Of a DNA stretch of 64,000 bases, positions 1 through 8,674 are shown one piece after another. The stretch's first letter is position 1. Each line of letters begins with the position of its first letter. The DNA lies in assembly GCA_041640595.1 (NCBI GenBank), contig JBEPZY010000005.1:256001-320000 (forward strand). The letters are read 5' to 3'. The translations under genes were made by a program, and so were the position numbers. The DNA comes from Gemmatales bacterium. GTDB lineage: Bacteria; Planctomycetota; Planctomycetia; Gemmatales; HRBIN36. The notes under the pieces are model-generated. The model did no database searches. It was not told where the DNA came from and worked only from the letters and a program-made list of their open reading frames with translations.

Positions 1-600
1 CGCGGTTATCGAGTGTACGGGGTGGATTGCAACCCTCGGGCACTGGCCTGGTTTCAACAACGAGCCGAACGGCAAGGCCTGACCGCGTATCCGGTACTGG
101 GCGACCTGGCCAATTTCACCTTGCCGGAATCGGTGGAACTGGCCGTTTGTACCTTCAATACCTTCCGCCATCTGCTCAGAGAACAAGCTGCCCGCAGACA
201 TCTGACGTTGCTGGCCGAATATGTAAGGCCGGGTGGCCTGTACATTCTCGGCTTCCATCTGTTGCCTCTGGACGTAGCGGAAGAGGATGAAGAGCGCTGG
301 TCAGCACGACTGGGTTGGCTGCGTTTGCACGCACGGCTGCGAGTCGAGCGAATGGATCGCCGAAAGCGCCGCGAATGGTTGCGACTGGTAATGACCGTGC
401 GCGGCCCCAGGAAGCGCTTGCGTTTAGAGTCCCGTTTTGCTTTTCGAATCTACACCCGCGAACAATTCCTTCGTTTGTTGCAAAGTGTGCCTGCCTGGCA
501 GCTGGTGAGCGTGTTCGATTTCTGGTACGATTGGCGTCATCCTCGGCAGCTGGATGACCGGCTTACCGATGCGGTCTTCGTGCTCCGCCGACGAGAATAG
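1..600 (+). CDS. Class I SAM-dependent methyltransferase (5' partial)
   Basis: Frame open from base 1; GYRVYGVD, GDLANF, NTFRHL and RPGGLY motifs typical of the Methyltransf_25 type. Confidence 0.8.
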   Translation, partial: RGYRVYGVDCNPRALAWFQQRAERQGLTAYPVLGDLANFTLPESVELAVCTFNTFRHLLREQAARRHLTLLAEYVRPGGLYILGFHLLPLDVAEEDEERWSARLGWLRLHARLRVERMDRRKRREWLRLVMTVRGPRKRLRLESRFAFRIYTREQFLRLLQSVPAWQLVSVFDFWYDWRHPRQLDDRLTDAVFVLRRRE

Positions 601-858
601 ACAAGCCAACGGTGCGGAAAGACGAACACCGCCGCCGGGCGGGTTGTACTGTGCCCATCCGATATGATGGCGGTCGTTTCTTCACAGCCCGTTGTAACGA
701 CGCAGGGCAAGATTGACTATGCAAATCAGCCCCGCAAGCATCAGCACCTTCGCTCACTGTCTCCCGGGGTGCCACTAGGCGGGCTATAGAACGCACAGCC
801 GAGTGCTTCTCAGTTTCGTCCCTCGGCCGTCGCTATGTCCCCGTTTGCTGCTCGGCTG

Positions 859-1845
859 CTATTGCACTTGAGCCAGGAAAGGCAGTTCGACTTCGCGCTC
901 GGCCGGCAGGTCAGTTACAATGCGGATGGTTTGCCTCACCTCGCCGGCACTGGCAGGCGTGCGATAGCGAATGGTCACCAGATGGACGGTTTTGTTCTCA
1001 TCGGGCTGCCAGACAAATTCCAGGTTCGGATCGTCTGCGGAAATTTTGAGGATACGGAAAGCAGAGCTTGCCCGGACAATGACTCGTCGCTCTATTGTGA
1101 CTCCAGCAGCAACGCGGCCCAGATGCACTTCTTTCGGCGTAACTACCAGGGCCGGTTCTACTTCAACGGTAACCGGCACCAGTATGCGATTGCCATCGTT
1201 CGAGCGCAGCCACAGTTCGGCGTACCAGGAACCGACAGGAACATCGGGCCGCAGTTTCGTCGTCAACCGGTATTGCACCTGGGAAGTATCGCGGCGAATT
1301 TCTTGCAGGGATGGTTGCAGGTAGGCATTGTCGTTTTCGACGCTGACAATCTGCCAATCTGGCGAGCCGTAACGGGTTATGACCACGCTAGCCTCTGCCG
1401 CTTGCCCCCGCGTAATGCGACCAAAGGCCAGTTGACTGGGCGAGAAGGACACGTCTTCCCGGCTGAGGGCCTGGACCACGAACTGCAACTCCTGAACTAC
1501 CGGCTCTTCCAGCAGCACGAAGATGGTGAAAACGCGATGGCCGACGTACTTGCCCGTATCCACGGTCACGTTCAAGCTGGCCGATTGGCCAGGCGGAACT
1601 TCGCGTTTGTCCACACTGGCAGTTGCACAAACGCAAGAGGTGCGGACACTGGCGATTTTCATCGGCCGGTCGAAGGGATTCTGGATCGTGAACTGGTGCC
1701 GACAGAGCACACCGCGTGGCACTGAACCAAAATCTTTCGTGGTGGAGGTAACCAGCGGTCGCGTGTCTGTGACCTGCGACCAACTCTGCGAAGCAAGGGC
1801 GACCAGAACCGCGACTGCCACCATCTTACTTGAGCCGCGACTCAT
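859..1845 (-). CDS. DUF1573 domain-containing secreted protein (Ig-like repeats)
   Basis: Signal peptide; DFGSVPRG...F.I.N...I.SVRTSCVCA...VPPGQS signature. Confidence 0.8.
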   Translation of the reverse strand: MSRGSSKMVAVAVLVALASQSWSQVTDTRPLVTSTTKDFGSVPRGVLCRHQFTIQNPFDRPMKIASVRTSCVCATASVDKREVPPGQSASLNVTVDTGKYVGHRVFTIFVLLEEPVVQELQFVVQALSREDVSFSPSQLAFGRITRGQAAEASVVITRYGSPDWQIVSVENDNAYLQPSLQEIRRDTSQVQYRLTTKLRPDVPVGSWYAELWLRSNDGNRILVPVTVEVEPALVVTPKEVHLGRVAAGVTIERRVIVRASSAFRILKISADDPNLEFVWQPDENKTVHLVTIRYRTPASAGEVRQTIRIVTDLPAEREVELPFLAQVQ

Positions 1846-2332
1846 AAATCCTCCGTTTACCGCACAGGCCGTCTCGGTAGGTCATAAGCAAGTGGGATGG
1901 CTGGCCCGTTGGTTTGGAAAGCGAGCCTGGCGATGTTCTGGCTCGCTGCTTTCTAGGTCCGAGACGCACCTGCTCTGGCTTAGTATCGCCCAGGTCATAG
2001 CCGACTGCTGAGTGTTCCACTGCCCGCCTGGTCGCACGGGAAAACATCCGTAACGAAGCTGCGGATTGATCGGACTACGTCGAATTTGCCGATAGTGCCG
2101 GTTTTAGGCCCCGGTAGTCTGTCCAACCGGGTCGCCCACAACACTGCGGGCTTAGTCCATTTTCTGCAATAGCCCCAAGCAGCTTCCCGACACCGACGGG
2201 CACGCATTCTGTCCATCAAATTTCTTCGATTCACTGCGAAAAGTTGTCACATGCATAAACCCTCGCACGTTATTACTTTGGACGCTCACAAAAACTTACT
2301 CATGCGGTGAGCGCTAAAAAGGAGTTTTTGCA

Positions 2333-3934
2333 ATGAGTCAATCGGAATTTGGCTATCTGCCCAGCTTTGAAAGCTACTACACGGGTGCCGCCCAGCGTCG
2401 AGCATCTGGCGAGCATCCCACTCAGGAAGGAGAACCTATGAACGCAAGTCAACCGCAATTTCCGCACTCCGAAGGCCAGGCGGCGCAAGGCCAAATCCAG
2501 CACCGAGAAACCACGAACGCGAGCCAAGCGCAAGCTGCCGAGGTAATTGAGAAAGGGCAAAGCGAAGGTCGCTGCGAACACGTCGCCACTGAAGGCCAGA
2601 CACCAGCCCAGCAATCGCCATCTGCGGAAGGCGTCCAGGGCGATCAGAACGAGGGTCAAAAGATGAAAACGGAGTCAATGACAAGCGGTCTGGATAACCA
2701 GGACTTGGTCTCCAGGCTCGGCCAACAGATGAACGCGGGGTTGGTTCCGGTCAAGACGGAAGCACAGGAAAAGGAGAATGGTATGGATGATTTACAAAAA
2801 GATGCAGCATCGGCAAAGCAATTGACCGACTCCGACGCACCAAACCCATCTGCCGAATCTGATTACCCATCTGCCGACTCTGATTGCTTGCAGTCCAGCA
2901 ACTTGGAGGGTGATGCAGCGCTTAGCAGGTACACCCCTGCCGAGGTTGTCAGAACCTTCGTCGAGAAACTCCTCGATATGTTCAGGAAAAAGCGGCAGTT
3001 CACATTTTTGTTGATAGGGAGAACCGGTGTAGGCAAGTCGAGCATCATCAATTCGCTCATGGGCGAGCAAGTCGCTCCCACGGACGAGTTTGAGCCCAAA
3101 ACAGTTACCGTTGACGAATATACTTTCGAGCATAATGGCCACAGCTTCGTCCTGATTGACACACCAGGTTTGTGCGACGCACTGCCTAGCTTCAAGCATG
3201 ACCGCAAGTACATGCGAAAGATTGCCGATAAACTTAAATCCAAGCAGCGAGATGTCGATTGTGTCCTCTACGTAACCCCACTTGACGAAACGCGGGTGCG
3301 AGCGGATGAGCAATACGCCATCAAATTCCTGAGCAAGTGCCTGAGCGAGAAACTGCGCAGAGAATTTTGGAAGCATGCGGTCATCGTCTTTACGTTTGCG
3401 GACAAGGTTAGTCCTGCCGACTTTATGAATCGTTTGAACCGCCGCAAGGAACTGATCCAGAAGGAGATCGAAAAGTACGCCGGCAAAACTGCTCAGAAAA
3501 TCCCAGCAGTCCCGGTATCCAACACTGGCAGGAAAACACCTGATGGACGGGAATGGCTGGGTGAACTGTTCACGGCAATAGTAGAACGCTCCAGCCGTAG
3601 TGGCCGATGTTTTTTCCTAAGCGCAATGAGCCAGGAAGTAGGCGGCGCAAACGGAGGAAAGGCCACTAAAAATCACGACCGTCGATCACAGGAGCTAGTG
3701 CCGGTACGGCCTTCGGACGATCCGACCCACGGATGGAACGAAATCAACCAGCCCCAGCCACGCATTGTTTTAGAGGAAGCGCAACGTCAACGGGTACGGA
3801 AAGCTTTAGTCGCCGGCACGGTGGGAATGGCAGCTGGTGCTGTACTGGGCACGGTGTTCGGCCCCATCGGAACAGCTATAGGTGCGGCTGTCGGAGGAGC
3901 TTTCGGAGCCTTTCTCAGGTGGCTATTCTCTTAG
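2333..3934 (+). CDS. TRAFAC GTPase of AIG1/Toc34-like type with disordered N-terminus and C-terminal glycine-zipper membrane segment
   Basis: AAGGAG RBS; G1 GRTGVGKSS, G3 DTPG, G4-like VFTFADK; C-terminal GxxxG repeats. Confidence 0.8.
   Translation: MSQSEFGYLPSFESYYTGAAQRRASGEHPTQEGEPMNASQPQFPHSEGQAAQGQIQHRETTNASQAQAAEVIEKGQSEGRCEHVATEGQTPAQQSPSAEGVQGDQNEGQKMKTESMTSGLDNQDLVSRLGQQMNAGLVPVKTEAQEKENGMDDLQKDAASAKQLTDSDAPNPSAESDYPSADSDCLQSSNLEGDAALSRYTPAEVVRTFVEKLLDMFRKKRQFTFLLIGRTGVGKSSIINSLMGEQVAPTDEFEPKTVTVDEYTFEHNGHSFVLIDTPGLCDALPSFKHDRKYMRKIADKLKSKQRDVDCVLYVTPLDETRVRADEQYAIKFLSKCLSEKLRREFWKHAVIVFTFADKVSPADFMNRLNRRKELIQKEIEKYAGKTAQKIPAVPVSNTGRKTPDGREWLGELFTAIVERSSRSGRCFFLSAMSQEVGGANGGKATKNHDRRSQELVPVRPSDDPTHGWNEINQPQPRIVLEEAQRQRVRKALVAGTVGMAAGAVLGTVFGPIGTAIGAAVGGAFGAFLRWLFS
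2844..2885 (+). repeat. 21-bp tandem duplication inside the GTPase N-terminus
   Basis: acccatctgccgaatctgatt followed by acccatctgccgactctgatt (PSAESDY/PSADSDC). Confidence 0.85.
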
Positions 3935-4007
3935 GGACAGCGCCAGGCCGAATTCCATTGACCTGCGAATCTGTAGTACATCGGGCGCAGCACACGCCGG
4001 TCCAATT

Positions 4008-5087
4008 TTACGGTAGCGCAATGATTCCAAGGACGGCGAGGGATTCCAGTGATGCGCCGGTAACCGAGCAACGCGGTAAATACAGGCGGTAAGGTTCAGG
4101 GTCGCCGGGCAAACAGTAACCGGCGTTGTATTCCAGCGACCAGGGCGGTTGAGCGCCCAGGTTGTACGGCAGCAGGGCCAGGTCGAGGTAGAATTTGCCC
4201 GCCGACAAAAACGGTTGGAAAATCCCGGCATCCCAACCGTACCTTTCCACGTTCTTGTCCTCGAAGTAGAGAGGCTGATAACGGGTAACAGGGGCCGGGA
4301 TGGTACTTACCAACCGCGGCCAGTCACGCCCCTGGTAGGTCGTGCCGGGAGCTGCAATCGGCACATCCGCGGGAAAGACGGCTCGGGAACTGTGGTCGCG
4401 CTGCTCCTGGCGGATACGTTCGCGTAACTGCTGTTCCGATTCAAGCCGGAACAGGCGTTCCGGTCCCGGTACTTCGAGCGGTTCAACGTATGCGGATGGA
4501 AGAGGCGGCCTGGCAGTTTCGTCTTTGCCCGCTTGCAAAGTGGCCGGCCTCGGGCCTGGGATTAGCGTTGCCGGCAAGGGAGCTAACGACGGCGAGGCTT
4601 CCGCTGGCAAACCGGCAGGGTGAATTTCCGGCTGAGCAGGTGCACGAGCAGGCGCTTCTAAACGTATCTCCGGAATCTGTCGGCGGTTGGTGTTGCCGGA
4701 AGTAGAACCAGGTCGGCTGTCTAACCGGTCGCCTGGTTGAGTTATGGTTGGCGATGACGCTTGGATTTCAGACGGCCTGGAGGGTGGGTCTTCCGGCAGG
4801 ACCAGGCGGTAAACTGGGGCATGTTCCCGCTCGGTGGTGCGATTTTTTTCCTGGTCACTGGGCAAAACCAGGCGATAAGCAGGGGCGTTGGTTTTGCCGG
4901 TAGGAACAGGTTGCTGTGCGTATATTGCAGACGCGGTTGCTCCCAGGACTATTAGCAGGCCGCCCACAGTTTGAAGACAACCGCAGGCCAGCCAGCGTGT
5001 CGTCAGTGGAAACTTACTCGACCGTGGCGTCGGCGTATTCGTAACTGGTGCTGTAATTCGGCGCTTCCTGGGTAATGGTAATGTCAT
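4008..5087 (-). CDS. Hypothetical secreted planctomycete-type protein (start uncertain)
   Basis: Hydrophobic signal-like stretch, Pro-rich linker, conserved-looking C-terminal [16 protein letters not shown] domain; longest ORF overlaps the guaB 3' end. Confidence 0.65.
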   Translation of the reverse strand: MTLPLPRKRRITAPVTNTPTPRSSKFPLTTRWLACGCLQTVGGLLIVLGATASAIYAQQPVPTGKTNAPAYRLVLPSDQEKNRTTEREHAPVYRLVLPEDPPSRPSEIQASSPTITQPGDRLDSRPGSTSGNTNRRQIPEIRLEAPARAPAQPEIHPAGLPAEASPSLAPLPATLIPGPRPATLQAGKDETARPPLPSAYVEPLEVPGPERLFRLESEQQLRERIRQEQRDHSSRAVFPADVPIAAPGTTYQGRDWPRLVSTIPAPVTRYQPLYFEDKNVERYGWDAGIFQPFLSAGKFYLDLALLPYNLGAQPPWSLEYNAGYCLPGDPEPYRLYLPRCSVTGASLESLAVLGIIALP

Positions 5088-6504
5088 GGGGATGGCTCTC
5101 CCTTACTGACGCCGGGGTCACCAGGATAAAGCGAGTGCGCGTGCGCAGTTCTTCGATGTTGCGACAGCCACAGTAGCCCATCCCCGCTCGCAGACCGCCT
5201 ACCAGTTGATACACGAAGGGAGACAGCGGCCCCTTATAAGGCACGCGGCCTTCCACGCCTTCCGGGACTAACTTACCCGGCGTGGCATCTTGATCTTTGC
5301 CAGCCTGGCGATAGCGTTCACTGGAGCCGGACATCATCGCTCCCAGCGAACCCATGCCGCGATAGGCTTTGAAAGTTCGGCCCTTGTAAATGATGACCTG
5401 ACCGGGACTTTCGGCGACGCCCGCAAACAGTCCACCGATCATCACGCTGTGGGCACCAGCAGCAATCGCCTTGGTAATGTCGCCTGAGTAACGGATGCCG
5501 CCGTCGGCTATGACTGGTATGCCTGTCCCTTCCAGGGCCTTGACCGCGTTGGCAATGGCCGTAATTTGCGGAACGCCCACACCGGAAATAACTCGTGTGG
5601 TGCAGATCGAGCCTGGCCCGATACCCACCTTAACCGCGTCGGCACCGGCATCCGCAAGAGCCTTCGCACCTTCTTCAGTCGCCACATTCCCCGCTATCAC
5701 ATCTATATTGAACATTTTCTTGATTTTGCGCACTGTCTCCAGCACATTTGCGGAATGGCCATGCGCAGAGTCCACTACTAGCACATCCACTTCCGCTTTG
5801 ACAAGCGACTCGGCTCGCTCGAAATCGTACACCCCTATGGCTGCTCCTACACGCAGTCGGCCACGTTTGTCCTTGCAGGCGTTGGGATAATTCATCATTT
5901 TGTCAATGTCTTTGATGGTGATCAGTCCCTTCAGTCTGTTATTTTCGTCCACCAGCAAAAGTTTCTCGACCTTATTTGCCGTCAAAATCCGACTGGCCGA
6001 TTCCAGCGTTGTATCTTCCGGAGCCGTTACAAGGTTTTCTTTCGTCATAACTTCGCTTACCCGCTGGTTGTTGTCGGTCAGGAAACGCAAGTCCCGGCGG
6101 GTGATGATACCGCGAAGATAACCGTTCTCGGTAATCGGAATGCCGCTCACCTTGTATTGTTCCATCAATCGGCGTGCCTGGCCGACGGTCGCGTCGGGTG
6201 GCAGGGTAACCGGATCGGTGATGATGCCGTTTTCTGAGCGTTTGACTTTTTCCACTTCACGGGTCTGGTCTTCGATGGACATGTTCTTATGGATGATGCC
6301 CATGCCGCCTTCCTGGGCCAGGGCGATAGCCAGGTCGCTCTCGGTCACCGTGTCCATGGGCGACGAGACAAGCGGGATATTGATGCGAATGTTGCGAGTA
6401 AGCCAGGTGCGGACATCTACCTCCCGCGGCAACACGTCGCTATAACCGGGTTCCAGCAATACGTCGTCAAAGGTGATGCCGTGATAGGCAATGCGTTCCC
6501 ACAT
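5014..6504 (-). CDS. guaB: IMP dehydrogenase with CBS subdomain
   Basis: [16 protein letters not shown], catalytic [31 protein letters not shown] before ATG at 6504. Confidence 0.97.
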   Translation of the reverse strand: MWERIAYHGITFDDVLLEPGYSDVLPREVDVRTWLTRNIRINIPLVSSPMDTVTESDLAIALAQEGGMGIIHKNMSIEDQTREVEKVKRSENGIITDPVTLPPDATVGQARRLMEQYKVSGIPITENGYLRGIITRRDLRFLTDNNQRVSEVMTKENLVTAPEDTTLESASRILTANKVEKLLLVDENNRLKGLITIKDIDKMMNYPNACKDKRGRLRVGAAIGVYDFERAESLVKAEVDVLVVDSAHGHSANVLETVRKIKKMFNIDVIAGNVATEEGAKALADAGADAVKVGIGPGSICTTRVISGVGVPQITAIANAVKALEGTGIPVIADGGIRYSGDITKAIAAGAHSVMIGGLFAGVAESPGQVIIYKGRTFKAYRGMGSLGAMMSGSSERYRQAGKDQDATPGKLVPEGVEGRVPYKGPLSPFVYQLVGGLRAGMGYCGCRNIEELRTRTRFILVTPASVRESHPHDITITQEAPNYSTSYEYADATVE

Positions 6505-6932
6505 GGCGAGCCTCCGTGTGGCTAATGGCGAACTGGCGAATGAGGTTTTCCTCATTATAGGTGCAGGCTTTAAGTTTTTGCGAATTGGGGAGTAGCAGCT
6601 GGCCAGTCGTTCAGTGCTGAAGTCTGCAACGATGGATGAGGGTTGTCCCTTCCCCGAGCGGATGGATGTAGTGGTCGGCCTGGTGGTTAGTGGTGAAGTG
6701 TGAAACGAGGAATGGCCAATGACCGATTAGCTTCGCGCTGGCTGGTGTGGCATTTACTACGCTAGCCAGGAAGATTCCACTCGCGTTTGCTGTACATTTC
6801 GCGCTTGCGGCAAAAGATGCGATTAGACAGCGTGTTTGCCATACAGTTGTTTGTTTTCGGCCGTGCGGACAGGTAGGAGCTTCCAGAATCGCAAACCAGT
6901 AAGCAAAGCAGCTCGTAAGCACGCCCTGGTCT

Positions 6933-7781
6933 TTACTGAGCGGGTGACGCAGGTTCTACTCTGAGACCGTCGGCGCGGATGGCGCGAATCCCCGGCAGCT
7001 GCGACACGAATTGCAGCAACTCCCGCCGATCTTCAACGGACTCGACTGTGCCGGTCAGCACCAGCGTCGTGCCCTGCAAAACGAATTGCACCTGGCGGTA
7101 CCGCCATTGCTTGCGCAGATACTGTTCGAGGAGCAGCTTCGTAGAAGTCTGGTTCGAGTTCGGAGTGGGCCAGACGCCTAACATGCCGGCGGTCGTCTCC
7201 GCTTGCGGTGGCAGCAGGGTGGGCAAACGGAAGATCGCTTCCGGCGGTGTGGAGTTCGTTGCAGACCTTTCTGAATGCAGCGAGGAGAAGGTTACTGCGG
7301 GCAATCCCATGGGAGGCGGAGCAATCCCGCTGCCGTCGGTTTTCCACGGTTCATCCACAGGCGGCAATTGTCGGCGAAAGGCTCGTCCCGACCAGCTGTC
7401 GGCCTGGATTCGCAACCGTTCTCGCAGCTGACGGACACCTGGCACCGAGCGAACTACCTGCAGCACCCGATCACGCAAACTGGCACTGGGAACCGGCCCA
7501 TCTAATTCGACCACCCCGCCACGTACCACCACTATCAAATTGTGCCGGGACAATTCCGGGTCTGCAAAAAGAGCGGCACGCACTCGCCCCATCAGGTCCC
7601 AATCGTCCAGAAGATCGCCGCCAGAAAGTGCCGATCGGTTCTGGTCGTGTGCTGCATGTGGCGCTGCGCTGGTTGCATCACCGGGCAGATGATTCTGGGC
7701 CAGGCTTGCCGGGATCGTGCAACTCGCTGCGGCAGCCACCGCCAGCAACCGCGATAATCCAGACAGCTTGCGACCGATCAT
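6933..7781 (-). CDS. BON domain-containing protein (two BON domains)
   Basis: Signal peptide; V.V.GGVVELDG.V...SVPGVRQL and GTTLVLTGTV...LPGIRAI. Confidence 0.75.
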   Translation of the reverse strand: MIGRKLSGLSRLLAVAAAASCTIPASLAQNHLPGDATSAAPHAAHDQNRSALSGGDLLDDWDLMGRVRAALFADPELSRHNLIVVVRGGVVELDGPVPSASLRDRVLQVVRSVPGVRQLRERLRIQADSWSGRAFRRQLPPVDEPWKTDGSGIAPPPMGLPAVTFSSLHSERSATNSTPPEAIFRLPTLLPPQAETTAGMLGVWPTPNSNQTSTKLLLEQYLRKQWRYRQVQFVLQGTTLVLTGTVESVEDRRELLQFVSQLPGIRAIRADGLRVEPASPAQ

Positions 7782-8350
7782 GGTGAGCTCATCCCAGGTG
7801 CTATTGGCAGAGCTTGTGACCGTTCGCGGCGGATGTGGTCAGCCCAATCTCGCCGCTCAAGGTTTAGGTGCTTGCGGAAGCTTTCCCCACTGCGAGACGT
7901 ACAATCGCGATCTGCACCGGCCTCGTCAGCTAGCCGCCAGTGTTACGGGAAATGTCCATGCTTCGGCGAGCCAGCGCTCCTCGGCCTATTGCGTTTGAAC
8001 CCGCCCGGCACAGGTGATGCAAGAATTCTGTTCCCTTAGGTCCCTCTGCGCCGACTGGGAAGCGACAAGATCAGGCTGGCCTGTCTTGAATTACAGGAGT
8101 CCTGCGGCATCCGGTTTCGTTCGAGGGCAGGCCAGAAAGCGTCGGCATCATGCCGTGCCGAAATTGCGCCCGTTTTGGTCGGCCTACGCAAGCGTCGCAT
8201 CGCTCCTTCTCGAGTGTCGCTTAGCTAATCCCGTGTCCGCCTCGATTATGACCGAGACTACGCAGGCGCCGCGTTGCTCCTCATTCGGTCCCCCAAGAGT
8301 CGGACAAGTGCGGCTATTCAGATAAGCCTGTGCAAACGTCGCGCCTCGTA

Positions 8351-8446
8351 GGGTACCGCTCCCTTTCGGTCTGCTGAAAATGGGCGTCAATCGGCTGCAC
8401 CAGTCGAAACCGTCTGGGTACCGCTCCCTTTCGGTCCGCTGGAAAT
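8351..8446 (+). repeat. Two-copy 31-bp direct repeat with 34-bp spacer
   Basis: gggtaccgctccctttcggtctgctgaaaat (8351-8381) and gggtaccgctccctttcggtccgctggaaat (8416-8446), 2 mismatches. Confidence 0.85.
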
Positions 8447-8674
8447 CCCTCCCAAAGCAATATGCCGACATCCTGGTTCCTCGACCAGTCCTTCGCCTCG
8501 CATCGGACGGGAAAAACTAGCTTTTTCTGCCCGCATCCACCGCACCACCGTTAGATTCGGCATGAGCAGGCGAGAACGCTGGCTGGGCAACGCCGGTAGA
8601 GCAAACCGTGTGAGGTAGCTATGAGGTGCATATCCTTGTCTCGTCTCCGGCATGGACTGGAATCGCAACGTCTT

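Noticed and set aside
6611..6922. 103-aa ORF between guaB and the BON gene
   Set aside because: No RBS or recognisable motif; likely intergenic
8351..8446. Calling this a CRISPR array
   Set aside because: Only two good repeats, no leader and no cas genes; kept as a repeat and a finding
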